Origin: Setoptus koraiensis
Taxonomy: Eukaryota; Animalia; Arthropoda
Direction: 5' to 3'
Assembly: GCA_048013815.1 (NCBI GenBank)
Contig: CM106585.1
Span: 21,824,001 to 21,888,000, forward strand
DNA length: 64,000 bases
Shown: positions 48,581 through 59,533 of the stretch, in pieces
Layout: each line of letters starts with the position of its first letter
Position numbering within the stretch: position 1 is the stretch's first letter
The notes under the pieces: model-generated
What the model was told of the DNA's origin: nothing
The model's database searches: none
What the model saw: only the letters and a program-made list of their open reading frames with translations
Position numbers and translations under genes: made by a program

Positions 48581-49652
48581 GGCCCACTGGTGGCTGCGCA
48601 CCAGATTGTGTGGCCCACAAAATCCCCTCTATCCGCGATTCCCTCGCTCGGTGCGTACTGGTGCGAGCACGTCTTTTCGTGCCCCCCCCCCCCACCGTGC
48701 TACTATCTTCGTGCAGGCGAGTGTATGTGAGACTGGTGTGTGTGTGCGTGCGTGGCATAGAGGGCCCACGTATAGACAGTTGTGGTGGCTTGTTGTCGTC
48801 GTGGCCGTTGTTGTTTTGGTCGCTCCAAATTCGCTCGTTATTATAGAATGCTGGTTGTCGTGTGTGCGTGTGTGTGTGTGTTTGTGTGTGAGTGCCAGCG
48901 CCAGTGTATGCATTGAGATTATTCTATTCCGAACAAAAATTATTCTGAACATGACAAAACTGAGAGAATAAATATTGTTTCGTTCGTTCGTTACATGAAC
49001 AGCAATATCCTTTGCAGGCCAATATTAACATTCAATTATTCAATTACATCATACACAGACAAATAGTATAGAATAGTCTCTCTTTTCTCATCGCATCAAC
49101 ATTAACATTAACATTCAAATCTAGATTTAGATTTAGATTTAGTTTTGGAGAACAGCAAGATCGAGGATTTGAATTGCATCAGCAGCAGCAGCAGCATCAG
49201 CATCCGACATAAACGGCATCATCTGCTATAACAATCTAAAACAGGCTGCACTGTTTGCTCGCGTTCGCAGTTCGTGTGACAAGACATTAGTGCCAGTGAC
49301 AACACAATCTGAGTCTAGCCACCAAACACTCATAACAATTGCGTCAACACTGACCCACCACACAACAATTGGCGACATTGGACAAGACGCTTATCAGACA
49401 CAGTCGCAATAGGTGACATTGGCCAGAATATTTGTTCAAAATATCAGCAAACATATTTTATCAGCAAGATATTTTCCGTTCGCTTGTAGTGGCCAACACA
49501 AACAAACAGTTTTCGCACAGCATCTGCCATCAGCATCATAAGTTAAAAACACACACACTTGCACTTATCATACATATGCGCTTTTATTTTCTTCAACCTG
49601 AACAACCTGTGCAATAGTTCTAGTCTAGTGCCCCACCATCAACGCCTCTCTA

Positions 49653-49654
<2 letters not shown>

Positions 49655-49694
<40 letters not shown>
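49655..49694. repeat. (CA)n microsatellite
   Basis: About 19 CA units. Confidence 0.9.
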
Positions 49695-49699
<5 letters not shown>

Positions 49700-50332
49700 C
49701 TACACATACATTGACTAAACTCGACCACAAACCGAGCTCAAATTTAAGCCTCTTCTTCCACCTCCGCACACTCAACTCAAGTTTCGCTGCTAAATAGTGA
49801 CTGCATCTTAGTAAGACACATAAAACATCGTCATATCAAACAAGGATAAGAAGCCATAGGTTCGACGCCACCTGTATCAGGTATTCCTTCAACTTAGTGG
49901 TAGGTTTTACTTTCAACTGTCTCTTATATATATATACTTAAGTTTGCCTTTATGTATCTGTGTGTCTGTTTGTGTGTATCTCTACCTGTGTGTGTAACGT
50001 GGCTGCCGTCGATAAACAACCAGACTTACAGTCGACAAACAACAAGATTATTTTAAGTTAACTTTTGAGATATTGGTGCGCGCCATACAAATGCGACCGC
50101 CAGCAACTGTTAATAACAGTCAGTATTTCTCTAACTATAAATTGCATTTACAAATATATGATCACCGTTGGACATTGGCACAACGCAAAATAGAAACATC
50201 CACGCCAGAAAGTGGTCAGAGATTTTCAAAGAAATCGAATGATAGATTTCATTGCAAACAAGAGCGGGATTGTGTTTGTTTGTCCAGTTGGGCAGCTCTA
50301 GTTCACGGCGCTGAAAACTAAGTCCGCGTATA

Positions 50333-50337
<5 letters not shown>

Positions 50338-50382
<45 letters not shown>

Positions 50383-50395
50383 CACATATGCATAG
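50338..50395. repeat. (CA)n microsatellite
   Basis: About 25 CA units with one interruption. Confidence 0.9.
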
Positions 50396-50905
50396 ACGCA
50401 CATCGAAACACCTAAAACACACCTAAAATCTGTTTTATTGATTGTCTATTAATTGTTTATTCAGTGGTCAGTGTGATTCTAAGCAGAACTTTCAAACAAT
50501 ATTGTGGAGAAATAACACCACTGTGGCGGTAGGTTCATGAAATTATCACCAGGCTTCATACCTTGCACCATATTCAAGGAATAACGTTCGCATCACATTC
50601 GGCCTGCAAACGCTAACTTGAGACCAGTTGAGAAAACAACTTGCACCAACCTGCACATCAAAATAGGAAAAACAAAACAAAAAAACGAGCGAATTATTAG
50701 TACCGCCTTTCGCAAGCATATACGAGACTTGCGGACTTAACGCGAAGAAGCATCTGGTTCGAATTCCGTGGTCATCGCTACCCATTTAGCAATTCGTTGC
50801 ATGCATAATTATTGATTATTATTAACATTTTATTATACATGCATTTACAAACATAATTATCATCACCACATTGTTTCGAACCAAGAATACATCAAAAACA
50901 AAATC

Positions 50906-53624
50906 ATGCTGCCACTAAACAGCCATTTCAAATGTGGCAGTGACTTCACGATTAATTCCCCAATGGCTATTCTCATGGCAACAACCATCATCACTCTGAT
51001 GTCTGCATGGATACAACCAACACACTCAGAGGTAAGTGACCAACGGATGTTATCCATCTCGGATTTTTTCACTTCCATCAAACCATTGTTTCTAGATTTT
51101 ATACCTGAACAGAAGAGAACGGAGAGTTCTTTGAGCAAGCCAAGATCTCAGATGAACAACAGACTAAATCACTCTTTGTATTGTCTCGGGTTAACTCAAT
51201 TTATCTTATTATTGTTTTCGATTACAACTAATGTCATCATTATGATTCAATCCTCTTTCAATTCTTTAGATTTTAAGACCTGGTACAGATTCCTATGCTC
51301 ATAACCAGTTGATGGTGGCTATATATTGCGGACCCAAGGCTCTTTATCATAATCAATATCTGAATGAGAGCAAGAAATGGAAATCAGACCATGACTCAAG
51401 GGCCATATGCACCAAAGATAAACAGAAAATCTTAGATTATTGTAGAAAAGTAAGTATTTGTTAGGTAACAATATTCCGAGTGCGATGACTCCAGAATGCT
51501 TCACTAATACTTGAATCTATTTCAAATATCGCCCCCGTTTTACAGGTTTATCCAAACAAAGATATCAGAAATATAGTTGAGTCCAGCAAAACTTACAAAA
51601 TAGACAATTGGTGCAGAGTGGGTCAAAAGAAATGTAAATCAAGATTGAGTGTCAAGCCATATAGATGTTTAGAAGGAGCGTTCCAAAGTGATGCTTTGTT
51701 GGTTCCAGAGCGATGCATGTTTGATCACGTTCACAACAAATCGATTTGCGAAAGTTGGGAGCAATGGAATCTTACAGCTACCTCAAACTGTTTCAAGAGA
51801 GAGATGAAGCTACAAAGTTATGCAATGTTGCAACCTTGTGGAGTTGGTATCTTCTCAGGAGTTGAATTTGTTTGTTGTCCTCTAACTTTCGCTGATTCAA
51901 CAACTGCAGCTACTTCGCACAAACCTAATGCAACCTCGGAGACTGATAAGCATTCCTATGCTGAGTCTAGCCAAGGAATACTGTCGTGGCCGAAATCAAA
52001 GTTCCACCATAACTCGAAGCTTAACGAAATCAAAACCGATGGAGAATTTATGAAGAATTCATTCAAAGTAAGCCACAACGACGAGGCGGGTGATGGCGAT
52101 GATGACTCTGCAGGCGAGGATGAATATGAGGAGGATGAATACGAAGAAGACGATGATGATGAGTATGACGATGACAGTTCATCGTGGTCTGGACCGAGTG
52201 GTTCCTCATCAACTACAAGTACCACAACGACAACAACAACTACAACTACAGAAAGACCAATCGACTTCTATCTTGGACACTTCGATTTAGTGCACGAACA
52301 TGATGAATTCAGGCGAGCTGAAAAAGCGGTGGAGAATGACTATAGAGATAAAATAACTCAAGTAATGAAGGAATGGAGCGAACTTGAGGAACATTATCAA
52401 GACATGAAATTAAAAGATCCGTCAGCCGCTGAGGAATTCAAAAAGAAAATGACACAACGTTTCCAGAGGACTGTCGAGGCGCTTGAGGAGGAGGGAGCAG
52501 CTGAAAGACGTCAATTGATATCGATGCACTCTCAAAGAGTTATGACCATAATAAACAGACGCAAGAAAGCAGCTATGGACTGCTTGACTCAAGCTCTCGA
52601 TAGAATACCCCCTAAAACACGTCAAGTTGAGAAATGTATTGTTCGACTACTGAAGGCGTTGGAGAAAGACAGAACGCACACTCTTCATCAATACAAGCAT
52701 TTGTTAAATGCAAACACCAGAGATGCTCTAAGAGAGAAGAACATTATACTGGAGCATTTGGTGACTTTGAACAGAGCGGCAAATCAGAGCATAGCTATGT
52801 TAGATAGATCACCGGTATTGGTTGACAAGCTGAAGAGTAAGATCATCCTGTTGTGGCATAATCTCAGGAATATGGCTTCAGACGAGACAATTTCCAGAGA
52901 ATCCGAACTCAAACTCATGGAAAGATATGAAGAAGAAGTAGCTCAGCGCAAGATGGAGCGCGAACGCCAGAAGCTAATCGAGCAAGAGGCAATCCAAGAT
53001 GCACCTCAAGAGTCTCCGGCAGACAAGTCAAAACAACAAACCGATAAACATCAGCAAATAGAATCAGACGATGTTGATGATGAGCAACCTCAACCTGCTC
53101 AACAACAAAAAGAGCAAGAAAAGCCTATTACAAAGGTTAACAAAGTAATTGAAGCACCTACAACACCTGTCGTCGAGACGAAAAAAGTTGATTCAATCCC
53201 GAAGACACCGAAACCTATTGAGCAGCAAAAACTACCTCAACCCAAAATATCATCGACGAATGTAGCACAGTCAAGAGACGATTTCGATAATGAAATCCAC
53301 TACGAGATGAATCCTACGTTCGCCCACATAAAAGCGGATGCGGCTCATCATGATCTCACTTACTCAGTAAAGCGAGAACCATATCACAAACAATTTAGAT
53401 GGGGAAATAGCGCGTATCTAGCTGGCGGAGCCGTGGCCGTGGCATTGATAGCGCTGGCAATACTGGGAGTTACATTTTATCGAAAGAATTCCAATCGAAC
53501 TTACAGGAATCAAGGATTCTTCGAAGTTGGTCAAAGCGCAAACACTGAGGAGAAAAATGTAACAAATATGCAAATCAATGGATACGAGAATCCCACTTAC
53601 AAGTATTATGAGGCTCAAGCATGA
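50906..53624 (+). CDS. Appl: Amyloid precursor protein-like; 3 exons, ~781 aa
   Basis: Exon 1 is 50906-51031 (signal peptide; alternative ATG at 50963), GTAAGT donor at 51032. Exon 2 is 51309-51449 (VAIYCG...KW..D...C..DK..IL.YCRK), GTAAGT donor at 51450. Exon 3 is 51546-53624: VYP...NWC, CuBD (FQSDALLVPERC...LQPCG...FSGVEFVCCP), acidic and Thr stretches, E2, TM, GYENPTYKYYE. Confidence 0.93.
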
Positions 53625-54061
53625 TTTGTTGTAGCCGATCATCTGACACAGAGATCTACATTGATTAACTTAAGCCCGGCTTAGCAGATACTGAAGCAGA
53701 ATCTCAACAACAACAAAAACCTTAACCTTGATGACAATAGATACAGAGTCTTGCGTTGATTTATAGAATCTATCAAAGGTTACATCAAGAATAGTCATTA
53801 ACAACATCCCTTCCTCCCTATGTAAACCATATAATACTATGAAAAAATATCTGCCATACATTCGACTAGTAATTGTACGTTACCAAGATGCTGATGAACG
53901 AGGGAACACGTACTATTGTTTAAATTCTAATTTACTGATATAAGTGAAAATAAAATCCTCATTATGTTGTATATATACCAATAATACTATGTAGCCTTGG
54001 AGTCATGTTTTATTGTAGTCTTGTTTGATACTGTATGAAATAAGAGGGAATGTGAACTTTA

Positions 54062-54715
54062 TTAGATAGAGTTTTCTGCCCACCAACTTGGCGGCACAGT
54101 GGATTCTATTTTTTCGATTATATCATTTACTGACGAACATAGATTTTGAACACGATCATCAAAGGTAGGTAGAACTTCTTTTCCTTCAAAATGTATGTTT
54201 CTGTCAACTTGATCTATGTGGCCGTTCATTCTTCCCTCGCCAATCATTTCGGAGGCAATTTTTTCCGCGCGTCTGGAGTCTATCTCAAGTAGTTCTGCCA
54301 GGCCGTCGAAAGTGATGTTGCTGTACATCTTTGAGGCTGACAATAGATTGTGCTCCAACACAGCACGATCTAGTATTGTAAGTCCATCTGACATGACGGC
54401 TTTTTGGTGTGGGGCCAAGGATGAGGCAAACTCTGTCAGCTCGTTCCGTTTTATGATTTTACAATAATGCATCCTTTCAAGTATCTGAAACTCCGGAAAC
54501 TGTTGGCATCGTTCATCTTTGTATAGGGTGGACAACATACGAGTTTTATGTTGGCCGGCTGAAGCTAAAATGGTACCGATAATGGCGTGTTTGAGAGCAT
54601 CCGACTGATCTTTAGTTGATAGCTCATAGTATTTTTGTGCGGCATAAATAAACTTGCCTTGCGAATCAAATTGTTGGGCCAGTTTTAGAGGAGACACGGG
54701 TTGTGGTAGAGCCAT
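54062..54715 (-). CDS. COPS4: COP9 signalosome subunit 4, C-terminal/PCI half only (217 aa)
   Basis: [13 protein letters not shown]...[19 protein letters not shown]...PHQKA...[30 protein letters not shown]...[18 protein letters not shown] matches CSN4 from about residue 190 onward. Confidence 0.88.
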   Translation of the reverse strand: MALPQPVSPLKLAQQFDSQGKFIYAAQKYYELSTKDQSDALKHAIIGTILASAGQHKTRMLSTLYKDERCQQFPEFQILERMHYCKIIKRNELTEFASSLAPHQKAVMSDGLTILDRAVLEHNLLSASKMYSNITFDGLAELLEIDSRRAEKIASEMIGEGRMNGHIDQVDRNIHFEGKEVLPTFDDRVQNLCSSVNDIIEKIESTVPPSWWAENSI

Positions 54716-55009
54716 ATTCCGGTTGACTCAAGAAGAATCCGAATGATTTTGTATTGAATTTGTACGAGTAGACGGACAGAGACAAGCGAACCATAGAGCT
54801 ATGATTTTTTAAATGAATATCAGTCGACAGAAAAATCTGCACATGTTTTTGAGTGCGCGTTGCTCATATGTTGAGAACACATGGTTGGTGTTTTTATTCA
54901 TCTGCATGTCGTCAACTATTGAATCATATAGAACCACTATACATTGGTGTGCTTGCCGATCCTTCGCTCGATAATCTAGACCGATTAAAGTAGAAATTCA
55001 GCCAACGAA

Positions 55010-55288
55010 ATGATTCGCTTAATATCAAAGATACGAAGGCAGCTGTTTCCCAAGCAGTATCCCACATTGTTGGTATTCCAAGACGGATCTACCGTTACTA
55101 TTCGTCACCATGAGCCCAGAGAAATCATTAAGTTACCCGTGACTTATGCCTCGTGTCTTACCACAGTAAGCAAATCAGCCTGGCAATTGAGACGGCGCCC
55201 ACTCGAAGCAGTAAAGGAAACGATCAAAAAAGACAAGATAACAATAGATCCCCAGCAATACATAAAGAATATGAAAAAGAGAAAGTAG
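55010..55288 (+). CDS. mRpL55: Mitochondrial ribosomal protein L55 (bL31m)
   Basis: QYPTLLVFQDGSTVTIRHHEPREIIKLP matches YP.LLV..DGSTI.IRY.EPR..L.MP. Confidence 0.85.
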   Translation: MIRLISKIRRQLFPKQYPTLLVFQDGSTVTIRHHEPREIIKLPVTYASCLTTVSKSAWQLRRRPLEAVKETIKKDKITIDPQQYIKNMKKRK

Positions 55289-55591
55289 CGTGGACAATTT
55301 TTGGACAGCTTGTGTCTTGGACTATTTATTCAGACATATAATGTGTATCATATGATGATGAACTAATATTATTAGACATATTGTTATTATAGTTATTTAG
55401 ATATTAAAGAAAAGAAACTTCTAAGAAAACGATGAAAACAAACGCCTATATGAGTGGTCGTAGTATTAGCAGCTAACACCCAAACATAACATTGGCTACA
55501 ATTGATTGATTATTAGAAAGTGTCTGCGTGACTCGAGATTGAATAGAATGGGTCTTGCAAAGCTATTTGAGATTTAAACACTGTGTGCAAA

Positions 55592-57253
55592 CTATATAAG
55601 AGATTTTCCGTCCATCTCTTCTGGCTTAGCGATGCCCATCAGGTGTAGAACTGTTGGTGCAACGTCGCAAAGTGCAGCGTTGTGATTGACCTTGGCAAAT
55701 ACCTTGTCAGTATTGAACATGATAAAAGGTACACGATTTGTGGTATGAGATGTAACAGGACCTCCTTTTTCATCTATCATCCTTTCGGCATTTCCGTGGT
55801 CCGCGGTGACCAACATAATGTATCCGTTTTTCTCACAAGCCTCAGATACTCGTCCTATGGCTGTATCAGTGGCCTCTACGGCCTTGATTGTGGGCTCGTA
55901 TTTTCCTGTGTGACCAACCATATCGGGAGGTGCGAAATTACACATCACGAAGTGATATTCTTTGGATTGTATTGCTTTGCACATTTCATCTGCTACTCCA
56001 GCACAATTCATTACAGGGTCCAAATCATATGTTGCTACTTTGGGGGATGGCACCATTTTACGAACTTCATTGGCAAACTCAGCCTCTTGGCCACCATTAA
56101 AAAAGAATGTAACGTGAGCATACTTTTCGGTTTCAGCACAATGAAATTGTTTAGCGTTAGCCTTACTTATTGCCTCAGCTAATACATTCGTAGGCTTGAC
56201 TGGAGGGTATAGCATCTTGAAAGGGAACTCTTTTTTATATTGATTCATTGAAAAAACTTCTGTATTGTTGAGTTTAGTACCCTCGAAATTCAGCTTGCAA
56301 CCGAATGTCAAAGCAATTTGTCTCATTCTGTCCGATCTGAAGTTGAAGAACATTATAGTATCATTGTCTTTAACGGTGCCTTCCTTATCTACAATTATAG
56401 GTTTCAGAAATTCGTCAGTTTCTCCAGCAGCGTGTCGTTCTGCGATTTTGGAAAACATTTTTTCATAATCTTTTTCCACTGTCTCTCCTATTCCATCAAC
56501 CAATCCGTCGTATGCAATTTTAATTCGTTCCCAACGATTGTCTCGATCCATGGCGTAATAACGGCCCATAATAGTAGCGATTTGACCATAATTCAGTTCT
56601 TTCAGCTTATCTACCAGTTGTTTGGCGTACTTGACCGCACTCTTCGGTTGTGTATCACGACCATCAGCAAAGAAATGGATATATACGTGAGGAACTTTGT
56701 TTTGCTGGGCGCCGACCAACATTGCACATAAGTGATCTATGTGAGAATGAACACCACCGTCCGATACAAGCCCCATGAGATGAAGACGGCCTCCGTTGGC
56801 GATCGCCCTGTTACAAGCATCAACGAAGTTTGGATTTTGACCAATTTTCTAAGTGAGCACAACAATAAATTAGAAACAAAGGTTTTGAAATGTTAATATC
56901 AGTTGTGAGGTACAGAAGAGTATATAGATTATAGGCACTAGAAAGTGACATTGAATAAATGTCCTCTGGAGTGTTGCGAAAGTACTTACTCCAGACCTGC
57001 AATCTTTATTTATCCGCAGAATGTCCTGATACATGACTCTTCCAGCGCCTATATTGAGATGGCCCACTTCAGAATTGCCCATGAGGCCCGCAGGTAAACC
57101 AACGGACTCACCACTTGCATCTAAAGTTAAATATTTTCCTGTCTCCTGAGCTAATTTGTTCATCACCGGAGTTTGTGCGTTGGCGATGGCATTGCCCTTC
57201 TGTTCAATCGACACACCCCAACCATCGATCACGATGAGGCAGACTTTAGCCAT
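55592..57253 (-). CDS. gpmI/ipgm-1: Cofactor-independent phosphoglycerate mutase (iPGM); 2 exons, 506 aa
   Basis: LIVIDGWG, GLMGNSEVGHLNIGAGR (phospho-Ser), HLMGLVSDGGVHSH, GRYYAMDRDNRW, AETEKYAHVTFFFNGG, NFAPPDMVGHTG, TADHGNAE, SHT. Intron 56989-56849 (GTAAGT..TAG, 141 nt). Confidence 0.95.
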
Positions 57254-57806
57254 TTTGTGATGGATATTTTTTTTAAGTTTCGATGATCCAGATCGGGATT
57301 TATATTCTAAGCTACTAGGAGGTTTTTTCCTATTAGGTGAGGTTGCTGATTTTAGAATCGACTTAATAGATTTTGTTGGCGGAATCTTGAATTAAATAAC
57401 AGTAGCTCAGCCTAGTGACAAAGAGAAAATGACAATGTGCGTAGCAATATGCGCTAGACAACTATCAAACTATGGTTACTTGAAGGATGGTACAGTGAGC
57501 AAAGGCTGCGTGAAAGCTTCTATAGTGGTATTATGTAATGTTAGTTAGCTGCAGTTGACATGTGGCCTATACTGGAGGAGATAGACGAGCTAAAAAACTT
57601 TCACGCTCTTATCTAGTGATTGGGGCGCGAGATTCGAAACAATCTGGGATCACGTGACAGACCTCTAAAACAGCATAACCTTTGAATCGTTGTGAGCGAG
57701 TGCGAGAAAATAACATCAAATTCAATACCAAGTTCGAGTGTAGCAAGGCAAACGTTTAATTAGTCACATAATTATTTACATGTAGATTTCTGTCATTAAA
57801 TTAAAT

Positions 57807-58484
57807 CTAGCTTCTTCCTCCGCGGCCTCCACGTCCTCCGAAGCCGCCGCCGCCACGGCCACCACCAAATCCTCCACCTCCTCGGCCACCTCCGCGGCCG
57901 CCTCCACCGCCTCTGTTGCCAAATCCGCCCCCGCGGCCTCCTCCGCCGCCTCGACCACCACCGCGGCCTCCAAAACCACCTCTTCCTCCGCGGCCTCCTC
58001 TTCCTCCACCACCGCCTCCTTGGCCTGGTTTTCTTTTGGGTTTGGGGGCCAACGGGTCGGGCGGATCTCTTGGAATGAAACGGGCTTTTGGCAGTATCTT
58101 GGCCGGATCGATAAACAGCTGCTGTTTCTTAGTAAGTGAGTCTGCTTTGATAGTCTCCAACAACTCTACTGAGAGCATGTAGTCGTTCAATGGTCCAAAT
58201 ATTTCGTCTATTTTACCTATAGGGGTCTTATTCTCCAGAAAAACGGGAGCGTTAAACATGGGCACTCCTTCAGTGGTAGCTTTGCAGACTGCTTGATTTT
58301 CACAAGTATGGGTCACTTTCGCTAAAGGAACTACCGTGTCTGGAATGACATCTTGCTGGAAACGGCCCCGCTTGTTTCCGAATCCTCCTCCTCTTCCACC
58401 ACCTCTTCCACCTCCTCCCCCTCTGTCTCCTCCGAACGACCTCTTTACGCCGCCACCTCCCCCGCCGCGACCATAATTGGACAT
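57807..58484 (-). CDS. GAR1: H/ACA snoRNP subunit GAR1
   Basis: RGG boxes at both ends; core VPMFNAPVFLENK..IGKIDEIFGP, IDPAKILP..RF.P. Confidence 0.95.
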   Translation of the reverse strand: MSNYGRGGGGGGVKRSFGGDRGGGGGRGGGRGGGFGNKRGRFQQDVIPDTVVPLAKVTHTCENQAVCKATTEGVPMFNAPVFLENKTPIGKIDEIFGPLNDYMLSVELLETIKADSLTKKQQLFIDPAKILPKARFIPRDPPDPLAPKPKRKPGQGGGGGGRGGRGGRGGFGGRGGGRGGGGGRGGGFGNRGGGGGRGGGRGGGGFGGGRGGGGFGGRGGRGGRS

Positions 58485-59033
58485 GTTATGTACTTGTTGG
58501 ATTGATAAAGTTGATGCGAATTTCCTAATTCATGTGTTATAATTTATAAATCGGAGCCGGCTATCTAATAAATTATTCTGGTCAAAATGTACAGTTGCAA
58601 CGATTTAGCTAGACTTCAATACACGCACGCATGCTCGCAACCAACGTGCCATTGGACATTCGTGAAAACGTGCTTTTATTTTGTGAACCATGTGTACTTC
58701 GGTTTTCAGCGAACGCGAATAAAAGTCCGCAAGGGCGGCGCTCTCTGCTTTCTTTCCAGCATGCGAATCTAATGCGTCGCACCGCTACATGTGATGATCT
58801 GGGAAAAAATAGCGTTATTTTTCTAATTGAAAGCGCCCCTCACGGATATTTTACACACCGATGTCTACACGTAGTATCGGCAATCAGGGATTGTGATTAC
58901 ATAAAATTGCGCCTATGATCCCTCTTTTCTCGGTCCCTCGACTGAGATAAACCTCTTGGTGTATATCTAACTTGACTAATTAAGAGAGAGTAGAACTCTT
59001 TGATTGTCGACGAACAGAAAAGCAGTAAAAAAT

Positions 59034-59435
59034 ATGGTTAGACTAACGCAAACTCTATGCAAATATATACCAGATTGGTATAAATTAAACCCAACCACCA
59101 ATGGCTACTTTGAGAAACAGAAAATCTTCAAATTGACCAGATACGCCAGAGGAAGAGCCTGGAACTGCCACAAAGTGGCTGTCAACCGATTCGAATATAA
59201 TACCAAAGTGGAGAACTATAATTTCAAGATAGAATCGAGACTAAAGATAGATATCATGTGTGCTAGAATAGCCGCTGCTTGTGAGGAGCACGGATATAAA
59301 TATTCTTACATGATGTCCACACTACCCAAATTCGATATATTACTCAATAGAAAAATGCTGTCCCAGTTGGCTATATATCAGCCTAGGACTTTCGCCAGCT
59401 TGGTCGACATATCTAAAGAGCTTGCGAAAGAATAA
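59034..59435 (+). CDS. mRpL20: Mitochondrial ribosomal protein L20 (bL20m)
   Basis: MVRLT...RGR..NC..VAV, RIAAACEEHG.KY, LNRKMLSQLAIYQPRTF.SL. Start at ATG 59034. Confidence 0.85.
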   Translation: MVRLTQTLCKYIPDWYKLNPTTNGYFEKQKIFKLTRYARGRAWNCHKVAVNRFEYNTKVENYNFKIESRLKIDIMCARIAAACEEHGYKYSYMMSTLPKFDILLNRKMLSQLAIYQPRTFASLVDISKELAKE

Positions 59436-59533
59436 ACACAAACGAGCCAAAAAGCAAGATCGTCGAGGGAAAACAAACACACCTGGGGTCAATTCAAGAA
59501 TCTAGGTCCACTAACTTTATTGTTGCTGCAAAT

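Noticed and set aside
39500-50400. Dozens of overlapping 60-230 aa ORFs
   Set aside because: They occur in all six frames, are made of translated repeats and GC-rich sequence, and show no recognisable domain.
15400-50500. Conserved miRNA hairpins in the non-coding blocks
   Set aside because: I recognised only isolated seed-like matches (e.g. TAGCACCATT near 21282) without a mature sequence or hairpin; a proper miRBase or folding scan was not possible.
57648-57658. TCACGTGAC E-box/CLEAR-like site upstream of iPGM
   Set aside because: A single short motif; chance occurrence cannot be excluded.
57776-58182. Pro/Glu/Ala-rich ORFs opposite GAR1
   Set aside because: Antisense translations of the RGG repeats.
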